Assembly (NCBI GenBank): GCA_018971155.1
Contig: JAGXBI010000001.1
Span: forward strand, 1-42,595
Reading direction: 5' to 3'
DNA: 42,595 nt
Source of the DNA: Burkholderiales bacterium
GTDB lineage: Bacteria; Pseudomonadota; Gammaproteobacteria; Burkholderiales; Burkholderiaceae
The position numbers and the translations under genes were made by a program. Shown one piece after another: positions 31,041 to 41,439 of the stretch; the first letter of the stretch is position 1, and the number at the start of each line of letters is the position of its first letter. Below the pieces are notes generated by a model. That model was not told where the DNA came from and did no database searches. It saw only the letters and a list, made by a program, of their open reading frames with translations.

Positions 31041-31901
31041 TTAAACCGGATACTGCCCGGTGCGCGCCATTTCCATCAGGCGGGCAATCCGGTCTTCGGT
31101 GGCCGGATGAGTCGAGAACAGATTGGCGATCGCGCCGCCCGCGAGCGGGTTCATGATCATCATCTGGGCCGTGGCGGGGTGTTCTTCGGCCGCCGCGAAC
31201 GGGATTCCCTGCGCGTACCGATGAATCTTGTCGAGCGCCGAGGCCAGCGCCTGCGGGTCACCCGAAATTTCTGCGCCGCCGCGGTCCGCCTCATACTCTC
31301 GCGCGCGCGAAATCGCCATCTGGATCATCATCGCGGCCAGTGGCGCGAGAATCGCGACCGCGATGCTGGCGATCGGATTGGCCGGGCGGCCATTCTCATC
31401 GCGCCCGCCGAAAAACATCGCGAAATTGGCCAATGCCGAAATGGCGCCGGCCATGGTCGCCGAAATCGTCGAGATCAGAATATCGCGATGCCGCACGTGC
31501 GTCAGCTCATGCGCCATGACACCGCGCAACTCCCGCTCGGACAAGACCCGCAGGATGCCGGTGGTGGCGGCCACCGCGGCGTGTTCGGGGTTGCGCCCGG
31601 TGGCAAACGCGTTGGGAGCATCCTCGTCGATCAGGTACACACGCGGCATCGGCAAGCCGGCCCGTTGCGCCAGTTCCTGGACGACACCGTAAAACTGCGG
31701 CGCATTGGTCTGGTCGACCTCCTGCGCGTTATACATGCGCAGCACCATCTTGTCGGAAAACCAGTACGAAAAGAAATTCATCGCCAGCGCAAACGCAAGC
31801 GCCATCATCATGCCTCGCTGGCCCCCGATCACTCCGCCCACGACAACGAACAACGCCGTAATGGCGGCCATCAGGATGGTCGTTTTCACCCAATTGAACA
31901 T
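31041..31901 (-). CDS. htpX: Zinc metalloprotease HtpX
   Basis: PNAFATG, HELTH (HExxH), SRAREYEAD and FSTHP. AAGGAG SD before MFNWVKT. Confidence 0.95.
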   Translation of the reverse strand: MFNWVKTTILMAAITALFVVVGGVIGGQRGMMMALAFALAMNFFSYWFSDKMVLRMYNAQEVDQTNAPQFYGVVQELAQRAGLPMPRVYLIDEDAPNAFATGRNPEHAAVAATTGILRVLSERELRGVMAHELTHVRHRDILISTISATMAGAISALANFAMFFGGRDENGRPANPIASIAVAILAPLAAMMIQMAISRAREYEADRGGAEISGDPQALASALDKIHRYAQGIPFAAAEEHPATAQMMIMNPLAGGAIANLFSTHPATEDRIARLMEMARTGQYPV

Positions 31902-31971
31902 GCGCGTCTCTCCTTGCGTGCGAAGCGTTGCAGAGCCATACGGCTCGACCACCTTATGTAGTCGGCGCTTT

Positions 31972-31999
31972 AGATGGGGGAATTTTCCAAAAATTCAAG
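31972..31999 (-). promoter_or_regulatory. sigma32 (RpoH) promoter for htpX
   Basis: CTTGAA-N14-CCCCATCT on the minus strand, matching the RpoH consensus. htpX is a known heat-shock gene. Confidence 0.85.
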
Positions 32000-32021
32000 C
32001 GCTTAGGATCTGTCTTAAACG

Positions 32022-32657
32022 CTAGCGCCTCACCAGAGCCAGGCGCAGGCCGAGCCCGATGAAAGCGCCGCCGACGATCCGGTTCAGCCAGCGTTTGAGC
32101 GCGGGACGCTGCCCCATGCGGTGTGTGAGGCTGCCTGCCATCCATGCCACGCCGCTGTTCCAGACCGTGCTCATGGCGACGATGATCGCGCCCAGCGTGA
32201 GAAACGCAAGCGCCTGGTGAGGACTGTCGCCACGCACGAACTGCGGCAGGAAGGAAAGGAAGAAAAGGATCACTTTGGGGTTCATGACGTTGGTCAGGAA
32301 GCCCTGCAGAAACACCGCCCGCAGCGATCGCTGGGGCGCCGTCTCGGTCGGCCCCGCCGGTGCCGCGTGGCGCGCGCTCAACAACCGAACGCCCAGATAG
32401 ATCAAATAGGCTGCGCCGGAAAACTTGATGATGGTGAAAGCCAGCGGCGAGGCGGCCAGCAGCGCAGTCAGCCCAAACGTGCTGGCCAGCGTATGGACGC
32501 AGCAGCCGGCGGAAATGCCCAGCGCGGAGGCCACGCCCGCCGCACGCCCCTGCGCGACACTGCGCCCGACGATATAAGCCGTATCGGGGCCAGGGGTGAC
32601 ATTAAGCAAAAAGACGGTCAACACGAACAACGGCAGACTTGAGATACCCAGCATCAT
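32022..32657 (-). CDS. LysE/RhtB-family exporter
   Basis: [14 protein letters not shown] and NVMNPK..FF. Start overlaps the fmt stop codon. Confidence 0.9.
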   Translation of the reverse strand: MMLGISSLPLFVLTVFLLNVTPGPDTAYIVGRSVAQGRAAGVASALGISAGCCVHTLASTFGLTALLAASPLAFTIIKFSGAAYLIYLGVRLLSARHAAPAGPTETAPQRSLRAVFLQGFLTNVMNPKVILFFLSFLPQFVRGDSPHQALAFLTLGAIIVAMSTVWNSGVAWMAGSLTHRMGQRPALKRWLNRIVGGAFIGLGLRLALVRR

Positions 32658-33646
32658 GCACTCCTGGCCGCACCCAGGCGCTCGCCCGGCTGAATGGGAA
32701 ACCCTTGCAGAAACTCGCGCGTCGGCAAACGTTTGCCGCCAGGCTTCTGCCATTGCGTGATGCGCACGGCCTGCCCCGCATCGGCCGCGCCGCAGGCGAT
32801 CACCACCCCCTCGGGTCCGACTGACAATATCGTGCCCGCGGCCGCCCCAAAAGCGTGCCCGTCGGCGATCTGGGCACGCCATACCTTGAGCGCTGCATCA
32901 TGCAGCTCGGTCATCGCGCCCGGAAACGGGTCGAACGCCCGAATCTGGCAAACGAGTTGCTGCGCGCTGCGGGTCCAGTCGAGCACGGCCTCGTCTTTGC
33001 CGATCTTGGCCGCGTAGGTTACCCCGTCGGCCGGCTGCGGCGTGGCCGGCAAGTTGCCGTCGCGCGCCAATTGGGTGAGCGCCAGGACGATCTGGCGAGC
33101 GCCCAGCGATGCGAGTCGATCGTGCAAGGTTGCGGTCGTGTCGTCGGGGCCGATCGGCTCGCGCGCGACCGACACCATGGCGCCGGTATCCAGCCCGGCA
33201 TCCATTTGCATGATGGTGATGCCGGTCTCATGGTCGCCTGCCTCGATCGCGCGATGAATCGGCGCGGCGCCGCGCCAGCGCGGCAGCAGCGACGCGTGGA
33301 TATTGAGACAGCCGTAGCGGGGAATATCGAGCACCTCCTGCGGCAGTAACAGGCCGTAAGCCGCCACCACCATCACGTCGGCATGCGCCTGGCGCAATTG
33401 CGCGAGCGCCTCGGCGGCTTGCTCGGGATACTTGCCAGTGCGTTTGAGCGACGGCGGCTGCGCCACCGGCAAGCCGTGCGCCAGCGCGAACTGCTTGACC
33501 GGGCTGGCGTGAAGTTTCATGCCGCGCCCCGCCGGACGGTCAGGCTGGGTCAGCACCAGCGGCACCTCGAAGCCTGCCGCTTGAATCGCAGCCAGGGCGG
33601 TTTCGGCAAATTCCGGCGTACCGGCAAAGACAACGCGCAAGGTCAT
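32654..33646 (-). CDS. fmt: Methionyl-tRNA formyltransferase
   Basis: [34 protein letters not shown] and MDAGLDTG. Confidence 0.96.
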   Translation of the reverse strand: MTLRVVFAGTPEFAETALAAIQAAGFEVPLVLTQPDRPAGRGMKLHASPVKQFALAHGLPVAQPPSLKRTGKYPEQAAEALAQLRQAHADVMVVAAYGLLLPQEVLDIPRYGCLNIHASLLPRWRGAAPIHRAIEAGDHETGITIMQMDAGLDTGAMVSVAREPIGPDDTTATLHDRLASLGARQIVLALTQLARDGNLPATPQPADGVTYAAKIGKDEAVLDWTRSAQQLVCQIRAFDPFPGAMTELHDAALKVWRAQIADGHAFGAAAGTILSVGPEGVVIACGAADAGQAVRITQWQKPGGKRLPTREFLQGFPIQPGERLGAARSA

Positions 33647-33730
33647 GGGAGGTCGGGAATTCGAGTGAAAACAACCGGCTGCCAGGTCGTCATGGCAACT
33701 TGCCGACAAAGGGTACCGCGGTGTGCCCGC

Positions 33731-34237
33731 TCAGCCGGCTTCCCGCTCCAGCTTTTTCATTCGGCCCTTGATGCGGTTGCGTTTGAGCGGCGACAGGTAT
33801 TCGACGAACACGTGGCCTTTCAGATGATCGATTTCATGCTGGACGCATACTGCCAGCAATCCCTCCGCCTCCAGCTCGAACGACTTGCCGTGCTGGTCGA
33901 GCGCGCGCACGCGTACCCGCTCCGCACGCTCGACGTCGTCGTAGATGCCTGGCACCGACAGGCAGCCTTCTTCCCAGACCTTCCTCGCTTCGCTGCGCCA
34001 GACGATCTCCGGGTTGATGAAGACCTGCAACGCATCGCGCGCATCGGAGATATCGATCACGATCACCTGCTCGTGGACGTCGACCTGGGTTGCCGCCAGC
34101 CCGACGCCCGGCGCGTCGTACATGGTCTCGGCCATGTCGGCGACCAGCTTGCGGATGCGCTCGTCCACCGCGCCGACGGGTTTGGCGATCTTGTGCAGCC
34201 GCGGATCGGGGTAACGAAGGATATTAAGTAACGCCAT
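33731..34237 (-). CDS. def: Peptide deformylase
   Basis: [13 protein letters not shown] and QHEIDH motifs. Confidence 0.97.
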   Translation of the reverse strand: MALLNILRYPDPRLHKIAKPVGAVDERIRKLVADMAETMYDAPGVGLAATQVDVHEQVIVIDISDARDALQVFINPEIVWRSEARKVWEEGCLSVPGIYDDVERAERVRVRALDQHGKSFELEAEGLLAVCVQHEIDHLKGHVFVEYLSPLKRNRIKGRMKKLEREAG

Positions 34238-34440
34238 GGCAAATGTTTAGGACAGCGCCGCCTTGTCACGGGTCAACCGCTGCATGCAGAATCAGCGTCC
34301 GCACCGAGCAGCGCCGATCGTCGGGAAAACGGCCGAAAGCCCGCGCATGGCTCGCAACTTCATATATTGGATAATGGAAAATTTTAGCACAGCGCTCGCC
34401 TGGCCGCCCGCCGCCGCCAGCGCCAACCACCCGCGCCGCC

Positions 34441-35583
34441 ATGCCCAGTTCCGCCGATGAAATCCGCGACTGGCTGCGCTTGATGAACACTGCTGGCGTG
34501 GGCCCCGAATTCGCCCGCAAATTGCTTGCGGCGTTCGGCTTGCCCGCCCAGATCTTCGCGCAATCCGCGCGCACGCTCGCCACGGTCGTGCCGCCCCGCC
34601 TGGCCGCTGCCCTGCTGGCCCAGCCTGACCAGCCCTTCGAAGCGCTGGCGGCCCGCACCGCAGCCTGGGCGGCCGAACCAGGCAATCATTTCCTCACCCT
34701 GGCCGACCCCGACTACCCGCCCGCGCTACTGGATCTCGCGGATCCGCCGCCCGTGCTCTATGCCAAGGGGCAACTCGCAAGGCTGAGCCGCCCAGGCGTG
34801 GCGATCGTCGGCAGCCGCCATGCGACGCCTCAGGGCCTGGCCAATGCCGAGGCCTTTGCACGCACTCTCGGCGGCGCCGGCCTGACGATCGCATCGGGCC
34901 TCGCCCTGGGAATCGACGCGGCAGCCCACACAGGCGCCCTGGGCACGGCGGGCAGCACCGCGGCGGCCGTGGGCACCGGCCTCGATATCGTGTATCCCGG
35001 GCGACATCGCACGCTCGCTGCACGTATCGCGGCCGACGGCGTGCTGCTGTCGGAATTTCCGCTCGGCACCCCGGCCCTGAGCCATCACTTTCCGCGCCGC
35101 AACCGCCTGATCGCCGCGCTGTGCCGCGGCACGCTGGTGGTCGAGGCGGCCGCCCAATCCGGTTCGCTGATCACCGCGCGGCTGGCCGCCGAACTCGGGC
35201 GCGAGGTGTTCGCCATGCCGGGCTCGATCCACTCGCCGCTGGCCAAGGGGTGTCATCAACTCCTCAAGCAGGGCGCCAAGCTGGTCGAGACCGCACAGGA
35301 CATTTTCGAGGAGTTGCGCTGGGCCGCCGGCGAGGCGCCATGCGCGCCGCCCGCCAGGCTGATGCCGCTTCGACCCAGTTTGGCTCGCCCGGGTCATGAC
35401 GGCCCGGCCAGCGACGACACCTTGCTGCGGGCGCTGGGGTATGATCCGGTGAGCGTCGACCAACTGTGCGAGCAAACCGGCGTGCCGGCCGCGCAAATGC
35501 AAAGACGCCTGTTGGCGCTGGAGCTGGAGGGCGCCGTGACCCGCCTGCCTGGCGGACTTTACCAGCGCACCACCCAGATTTGA
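34441..35583 (+). CDS. dprA: DNA-processing protein DprA
   Basis: AIVGSR, SGLALGID, FPRRNRLI, SGSLITA and C-terminal LELEG. Confidence 0.95.
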   Translation: MPSSADEIRDWLRLMNTAGVGPEFARKLLAAFGLPAQIFAQSARTLATVVPPRLAAALLAQPDQPFEALAARTAAWAAEPGNHFLTLADPDYPPALLDLADPPPVLYAKGQLARLSRPGVAIVGSRHATPQGLANAEAFARTLGGAGLTIASGLALGIDAAAHTGALGTAGSTAAAVGTGLDIVYPGRHRTLAARIAADGVLLSEFPLGTPALSHHFPRRNRLIAALCRGTLVVEAAAQSGSLITARLAAELGREVFAMPGSIHSPLAKGCHQLLKQGAKLVETAQDIFEELRWAAGEAPCAPPARLMPLRPSLARPGHDGPASDDTLLRALGYDPVSVDQLCEQTGVPAAQMQRRLLALELEGAVTRLPGGLYQRTTQI

Positions 35584-35593
35584 CACGTTTTTC

Positions 35594-35983
35594 ATGGCTG
35601 CTCTCGACCCCGTCGCCCAGCGTGACCTCATCATCGCCAAGCTCAACACGCCGGATACGCTGTTGGTCGCATGCCTGTGCGCGGCATGGTGCGGTACCTG
35701 CCGCGAATACCAGCAAGCCTTCGATGCGCTGGCCGACAGCCATCCCGAGATGTGTTTCGTTTGGGTCGATATCGAAGATCATGGCGATTGGCTCGACGAT
35801 CACGACATCGAAAACTTCCCGACCATCTTGATTCAGGACGAACATCGCCCTCGTTTTTTTGGCACCGTGTTGCCATTTGCCAATATCCTGGAGCGCATGC
35901 TGAACGATCCCGCGACCCTCGGCAGCGATACGCCGCAGGCCCCCGATCTGCGCGCCCACCTGACCGCAACCGGCGCCCGCTGA
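35594..35983 (+). CDS. Thioredoxin-fold protein (WCGTC)
   Basis: CLCAAWCGTC and a cis-Pro loop ENFPT. 129 aa. Confidence 0.85.
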   Translation: MAALDPVAQRDLIIAKLNTPDTLLVACLCAAWCGTCREYQQAFDALADSHPEMCFVWVDIEDHGDWLDDHDIENFPTILIQDEHRPRFFGTVLPFANILERMLNDPATLGSDTPQAPDLRAHLTATGAR

Positions 35984-36020
35984 GAACCGCCCATCGCCTG
36001 CCGGCCCGTCGCTGCCATGC

Positions 36021-36049
36021 TTGCCGATTGATAAAACGGCGCTTATTAT
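36021..36049 (+). promoter_or_regulatory. sigma70 promoter for topB
   Basis: TTGCCG-N17-TATTAT. Confidence 0.55.
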
Positions 36050-36148
36050 GTGCCGCGTCTGGGCCCCGGATGCCGGCCCAGCGTGCGCCGGTATGTTATA
36101 AAGCGATCGAATACAGTCCGGCCGTCCCTCGAAACCCTATAGAACGTC

Positions 36149-38758
36149 ATGTCAAAAGCCCTGATCATTGCTGAAAAACCGTCCGTCGCGAATGACATCG
36201 CGCGGGCCCTGGGCGGCTTCACCAAACACGACGACTATTTCGAGAGCGACGATTTCGTGTTGTCCTCCGCCGTCGGCCACTTGCTGGAAATTGGCGCCCC
36301 GGAAGAATATGAAGTCAAGCGAGGCAAATGGAGCTTCGCCCATCTGCCGGTCATTCCGCCGCATTTCGACCTCAAGCCGATCGCCAAGAGCGAGTCGCGC
36401 CTGAAAGTGCTGACCCGGCTGATCAAGCGCAAAGACGTCGACCGCCTGATCAACGCTTGCGACGCGGGTCGCGAGGGTGAATTGATTTTCCGGCTGATCG
36501 TCCAGCACGCCAAGGCCAGGCAACCGGTCACGCGACTCTGGCTGCAGTCGATGACCCCGCAGTCGATCCGCGACGGTTTCGCCAAGTTGCGCGACGACGC
36601 CGACATGCTGCCGCTGGCGGACGCCGCGCGCAGCCGCTCGGAAGCCGACTGGCTGGTGGGCATCAATGGCACGCGCGCCATGACTGCCTTCAACAGCAAG
36701 GGCGGCGGCTTTTTCCTGACGACCGTTGGGCGCGTACAAACGCCAACGTTGTCGATCGTCGTCGAACGGGAAGAAAAGATCCGCAAGTTCGTGTCGCGCG
36801 CCTACTGGGAAGTCAAGGCGCAATTTGTCTGTGCCGCCGGATTTTACGAAGGGCGCTGGTTCGACCCGCAGTTCAAGCGCAACGAATTCGACCCTGAACA
36901 GCGCGATTCGCGCCTGTGGAGCCAGGCCGCCGCCGAATCGGTGGTCGCCGCCTGCCGCGGCAAGCCGGGTACCGTGACGGAAGACGCCAAACCGTCCACA
37001 CAGCTCTCGCCGCTGCTGTTCGACCTGACCAGCCTGCAACGCGAAGCCAACTCGCGCTTCGGCTTCTCGGCCAAGAACACGCTGGGCCTGGCGCAGGCGC
37101 TCTACGAAAAACACAAGGTCCTGACCTACCCCCGGACCGACGCGCGCGCGCTGCCCGAAGACTACCTTGCGACCGTCAAGGAAACGCTCGAAGTCCTCAA
37201 GGAAAGCAACAACTACAACCCGTTCGCCAAGCAGATTCTCAGCGCGGGTTGGGTCAAGCCGAACCGGCGCATTTTCGACAACAGCAAGATCAGCGATCAC
37301 TTCGCCATCATCCCGACCTTGCAGGCGCCGAAAAATCTGTCCGAGCCCGAACAGAAGCTTTACGACCTGGTGGTTCGACGGTTTCTCGCCGTGTTCTTCC
37401 CGGCGGCCGAATACCTCGTCACCACGCGCATCACCGAGGTCGTCGGGCATCGGTTCAAAACCGAAGGCAAGGTGCTGGTCGCCGCCGGCTGGCTCGCGGT
37501 CTACGGCAAGGAATCGGCACCGGCTGCCGACGACAAATCGGCCAAGGACGGCGAGAGCGGCAATCTGGTGCCGGTCGCCAAAGACGAAAAAGTCAAAACC
37601 GACACCATCGAGGCCGTCGGCCTGCAGACCAAGCCGCCTGCACGCTACTCCGAAGCCACGCTGCTCTCGGCAATGGAAGGCGCCGGCAAGCTGGTGGAGG
37701 ACGACGAGCTTCGCCAGGCGATGGCTGGCAAGGGGTTGGGTACGCCGGCGACACGCGCTGCCATTATCGAAGGCCTGTTGACAGAAAAATATCTGGTGCG
37801 CGAGGGGCGCGAACTGCACCCCACCGCCAAGGCCTTCCAGTTGATGACATTGCTGCGAGGCCTGGGCGTCGACGAATTGACATTGCCCGAACTGACCGGC
37901 GAGTGGGAGGCCAAGCTCTCGCAAATCGAACGCGGACAGCTCAAGCGCGACGCATTCATGCAGGAAATCGCGCAAATGACGCAGACCATCGTCAAGCGCG
38001 CCAAGGAATACGACTCCGACACGGTGCCGGGCGACTATGCCACGCTGACCAGCCCCTGCCCGAATTGCGGCGGCGTCGTGAAAGAGAACTATCGACGCTT
38101 TGCCTGCACCAACTGTGCCTTCTCGATCTCGAAAATCCCGGGCAGCCGGCAATTCGAAATCCCGGAAGTCGAGGAATTGCTGAAAACCAAGCAGATTGGT
38201 CCGCTGACCGGCTTTCGCAGCAAAATGGGCCGGCCGTTCTCGGCCATCCTCAAGCTCGTCGAAGATAAAGAGGCCGGATATAAGCTGGAATTCGACTTCG
38301 GCCAGGACAGCGGCGACGAAAACGGCGAACCCCCCGATTTTTCGGCACAAGAGCCGCTTGGTCTCTGCCCGAAATGCGGCGGCAAGGTCTACGAGCACGG
38401 CATGCGCTACGTGTGCGAAAACAGCGTCGCCCAACCGAAGACCTGTGATTTCACCTCTGGCAAAGTGATCCTGCAGCAGGAGATCTCACGCGAGCAATTC
38501 CAAAAATTGCTGTCCGACGGCAAAACCGACTTGCTGCCGAACTTCAAATCGTCTCGCACCGGCCGCACTTTCAAGGCCTATCTGGCCAAGCAAAAAGACG
38601 GCAAGATCGGTTTCGAGTTCGAGGAGAAGGCGCCGCGCAAAACGGCCGCAGCCACGCCGGGCAAGGCCGCAGCGGCCGTCAAGACCGCCAGGAAAACGCC
38701 GGCCCGGCGCACCAAGCGCGCCGCCGGCGATGAATCGGCCGGGCCAGGCGACGAATAA
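36149..38758 (+). CDS. topB: Type IA DNA topoisomerase (topoisomerase III-like, with C-terminal Cys-ribbon repeats)
   Basis: AEKPSVA, DAGREGE, GRVQTPT, TYPRTD (catalytic Tyr), GLGTPATRA, and the CPNCGG / CPKCGG repeats. Confidence 0.9.
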   Translation: MSKALIIAEKPSVANDIARALGGFTKHDDYFESDDFVLSSAVGHLLEIGAPEEYEVKRGKWSFAHLPVIPPHFDLKPIAKSESRLKVLTRLIKRKDVDRLINACDAGREGELIFRLIVQHAKARQPVTRLWLQSMTPQSIRDGFAKLRDDADMLPLADAARSRSEADWLVGINGTRAMTAFNSKGGGFFLTTVGRVQTPTLSIVVEREEKIRKFVSRAYWEVKAQFVCAAGFYEGRWFDPQFKRNEFDPEQRDSRLWSQAAAESVVAACRGKPGTVTEDAKPSTQLSPLLFDLTSLQREANSRFGFSAKNTLGLAQALYEKHKVLTYPRTDARALPEDYLATVKETLEVLKESNNYNPFAKQILSAGWVKPNRRIFDNSKISDHFAIIPTLQAPKNLSEPEQKLYDLVVRRFLAVFFPAAEYLVTTRITEVVGHRFKTEGKVLVAAGWLAVYGKESAPAADDKSAKDGESGNLVPVAKDEKVKTDTIEAVGLQTKPPARYSEATLLSAMEGAGKLVEDDELRQAMAGKGLGTPATRAAIIEGLLTEKYLVREGRELHPTAKAFQLMTLLRGLGVDELTLPELTGEWEAKLSQIERGQLKRDAFMQEIAQMTQTIVKRAKEYDSDTVPGDYATLTSPCPNCGGVVKENYRRFACTNCAFSISKIPGSRQFEIPEVEELLKTKQIGPLTGFRSKMGRPFSAILKLVEDKEAGYKLEFDFGQDSGDENGEPPDFSAQEPLGLCPKCGGKVYEHGMRYVCENSVAQPKTCDFTSGKVILQQEISREQFQKLLSDGKTDLLPNFKSSRTGRTFKAYLAKQKDGKIGFEFEEKAPRKTAAATPGKAAAAVKTARKTPARRTKRAAGDESAGPGDE

Positions 38759-38796
38759 TCAGGTGGCGCGCCGGGCGCGCCAGCAAAATAGGGTCG

Positions 38797-39780
38797 CTAA
38801 CGCACCGATTGCTGCCAGTCTTCTCCAGCGGGCATGGCGATGCCACCTTCGCGCTGCGCCAGCCAGCAATCGGTACGCGGCTTGGCGTCGGCCTGGCGAA
38901 AGCATTCCACGGTCATGTCGATAAACGTGCGAATCTTCGCCGACAGGTGCTTGCGGCTCGGATAGACCAGGTTCACGTCGAATGTCGGCAGCGTATAGTC
39001 GGGCAGCAACGCCACCATATCGCCATGCTTGAGGTCGCTGCCGACCAAATATGAGGGCAGGAACGCGATGCCGTGCCCGAGCAATACACTCTGGCGCAGC
39101 ATGGCGGTGTTGTTGCAGATGAACTGATTCTGAAATTGGATGCGAATTTCCTCTCCATCCGCGCTGGTGAAAATCCGCTCGTTTCCAAAAATCTCGCTGG
39201 GCATGCCCAGCATCGCGTGTTGCGCCAGGTCGTGCGGCGTGTTCGGCGTGCCGTGCGCGGCCAGATAGCCGGGCGACGCACACACCAAGACGCAGGTCTC
39301 CGACAACAGCCGCGTGATCAGCGTTTCGCTTTGCACCATATGCGCGGCGACGATGCCGACGTCATAACCCTCTTCGACCATATCGAACGGCCGATCCGTC
39401 AGGGTCAGATCCACCAGCACCTGCGGGTGTTGCTTTTGATAACGGTGCATCAGCGGCGCCAGATTGCGCAATGTGAACGACACCGGCGCAACCACGCGCA
39501 GCACGCCCTTGGGCTCGCTGGACGCGCTGGAGACCATCGCGTCGGCCTCCTCGACCTCGTCGATAATCTGCCGACAACGCTCCAAATACGCTTGTCCGGC
39601 CCCCGTGAGCGAGAGACTGCGCGTCGTGCGATTGAGCAGGCGAACGCCCAAATGCGATTCCAGCTCCGCGACATGGCGCGTGACCACTGCGGCAGACAAA
39701 TCGAGCTGCGCAGCAGCTCGGGCAAAACTGCCGTTATCGGCCACCTTGACGAAAACGCGCATCGACTGCAAGCGATCCAT
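38797..39780 (-). CDS. LysR-family regulator (CrgA/DmlR-like)
   Basis: MDRLQSMRVF..V...GSF..AA, LGVRLLNRTTRSLSLT, EEGYD and KIRTFID. Confidence 0.92.
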   Translation of the reverse strand: MDRLQSMRVFVKVADNGSFARAAAQLDLSAAVVTRHVAELESHLGVRLLNRTTRSLSLTGAGQAYLERCRQIIDEVEEADAMVSSASSEPKGVLRVVAPVSFTLRNLAPLMHRYQKQHPQVLVDLTLTDRPFDMVEEGYDVGIVAAHMVQSETLITRLLSETCVLVCASPGYLAAHGTPNTPHDLAQHAMLGMPSEIFGNERIFTSADGEEIRIQFQNQFICNNTAMLRQSVLLGHGIAFLPSYLVGSDLKHGDMVALLPDYTLPTFDVNLVYPSRKHLSAKIRTFIDMTVECFRQADAKPRTDCWLAQREGGIAMPAGEDWQQSVR

Positions 39781-39879
39781 GAAATATTCGACGACCCTTC
39801 GGGCCGCGCCAGCGATGACAAAACGAAATCTTACAGGAAGGCGCGTCAACGCGTCGGCTGCGCCATTACGCCTTCCTTT

Positions 39880-39922
39880 CTTGACTAAAGTTAAGGTGCA
39901 TACGATGAATCTGCACTAAAGT
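39880..39922 (+). promoter_or_regulatory. FNR/Crp-type site and class II promoter for hemN
   Basis: CTTGAC-TAAA-GTTAAG, resembling TTGAT-N4-ATCAA and centred at 39887.5. A TAAAGT -10 at 39917-39922 places the site near -41.5. Confidence 0.65.
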
Positions 39923-39961
39923 TTGTTTATTAATCCATTTTGTCGGCACATCCCCGCGCAT

Positions 39962-41368
39962 ATGCCCAACCCATCCGAAGCACTCTCCGTGGACGACCTG
40001 TTCGACCCCGCGCTGCTGCGCAAGTACGATCTCAACGGGCCGCGCTACACCTCGTACCCCACGGCGCCGCAATTCCACGACCGCTTCGGCGCCGCCGAAT
40101 ATCGCCAGGCGGCCGCGCAGAACCGTCAGAGCGGGCAACCACTGTCGCTCTACATGCATCTGCCGTTTTGCGACACCGTCTGTTTCTACTGCGCCTGCAA
40201 TAAAGTCATCACGCGCAACCGCGCCCGCACCCGTCCCTACCTCGATCGCCTGTACCGCGAAATCGCCGCGCAGGCCGCCCTGTTCGATGGCGCGCGGCGT
40301 CCGATTGCGCAATTGCACTGGGGCGGCGGCACGCCGACGTTTCTGTCGCACGACGAAATGAGCGAGTTGATGGCCGTCACGGGCGCTCATTTCCAGCTGC
40401 TGGGCGACGACCAGGGCGAATACTCGATCGAGGTCGACCCGCGCGAGGCCAGCCCCGACACCATCGCCCTGCTGCGCGAGCTAGGTTTCAACCGGCTGAG
40501 CGTGGGCGTGCAGGACTTCGATCCGCAGGTGCAGCGCGCCGTCAACCGGATTCAGCCGCGCGCCGTGACCGAGGCCACGGTGAACGCCGCACGCCAGACC
40601 GGATTCCGCTCGATCAGCCTCGATCTGATCTACGGCCTGCCGCACCAGTCGGTCGCCAGCTTTTCGCGCACCCTCGATGCGGTGCTGGAACTGGCGCCCG
40701 ATCGGCTGTCGGTGTTCAACTATGCACACCTGCCCCAGTTCTTCAAAATGCAGCAGCAAATCGACGAGTCGGCGCTGCCCGGCCCGGCTGAGAAATTGGC
40801 AATCCTCAAGACCTCGATCGAGCGCCTTGGCGAGGCCGGCTACGTCTATATCGGCATGGACCATTTCGCCCGGCCCGATGACGAGCTGGCCCAGGCGCAG
40901 GTCAACCGCACCCTGTACCGGAATTTCCAGGGCTACAGCACCCATGCCGATTGCGATCTGATCGGACTGGGCGTCTCCGCCATCGGCAAGATAGGCAATT
41001 TTTACGCACAAAATCTCAAAGTTCTGCCCGACTATCAAAATGCCATCGACGCCGAAGGCCTGGCGGTCACGCGCGGCATCATGCTCAATGACGACGACCT
41101 GCTGCGCCGCGCCGTCATCAACCAGTTGATGTGCCACTTCGAATTGCCGCTCGAACCGCTCGAGACGCAATTCGGCATCGACCCCGCCGACTACTTCCGC
41201 GACGAATTCGAACGACTGCGCGCCTTCGAGGCCGACGGCCTGCTCACCATCGAACCCGACCGGCTGCGCGTGCTACCGGCCGGACGCTTGCTGGTACGCA
41301 ACATCTGCATGGTGTTCGATCGCTATCTTGCCGCGCAGCCGGCGCAGCGCTTCTCCAAGACTCTCTGA
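39962..41368 (+). CDS. hemN: Oxygen-independent coproporphyrinogen III oxidase
   Basis: GPRYTSYPTA, HLPFCDTVCFYCAC, HWGGGTP, IGMDHFA and RNFQGY. Confidence 0.96.
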   Translation: MPNPSEALSVDDLFDPALLRKYDLNGPRYTSYPTAPQFHDRFGAAEYRQAAAQNRQSGQPLSLYMHLPFCDTVCFYCACNKVITRNRARTRPYLDRLYREIAAQAALFDGARRPIAQLHWGGGTPTFLSHDEMSELMAVTGAHFQLLGDDQGEYSIEVDPREASPDTIALLRELGFNRLSVGVQDFDPQVQRAVNRIQPRAVTEATVNAARQTGFRSISLDLIYGLPHQSVASFSRTLDAVLELAPDRLSVFNYAHLPQFFKMQQQIDESALPGPAEKLAILKTSIERLGEAGYVYIGMDHFARPDDELAQAQVNRTLYRNFQGYSTHADCDLIGLGVSAIGKIGNFYAQNLKVLPDYQNAIDAEGLAVTRGIMLNDDDLLRRAVINQLMCHFELPLEPLETQFGIDPADYFRDEFERLRAFEADGLLTIEPDRLRVLPAGRLLVRNICMVFDRYLAAQPAQRFSKTL

Positions 41369-41380
41369 GGCACCATACGC

Positions 41381-41415
41381 AAAAAACCCGCGGCATCGAT
41401 GCCGCGGGTTTTTTT
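41381..41415. terminator. Bidirectional intrinsic terminator (hemN / pckG)
   Basis: Perfect 34-bp palindrome AAAAAACCCGCGGCATC|GATGCCGCGGGTTTTTT, giving U-tracts on both strands. Confidence 0.92.
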
Positions 41416-41439
41416 GTGTCATGGCAACAACCAGCGGCC

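Noticed and set aside
34441-35583. dprA as evidence of a natural-competence locus
   Set aside because: dprA next to def and a topoisomerase gene is widespread, and no com or pilus genes are present in the window.
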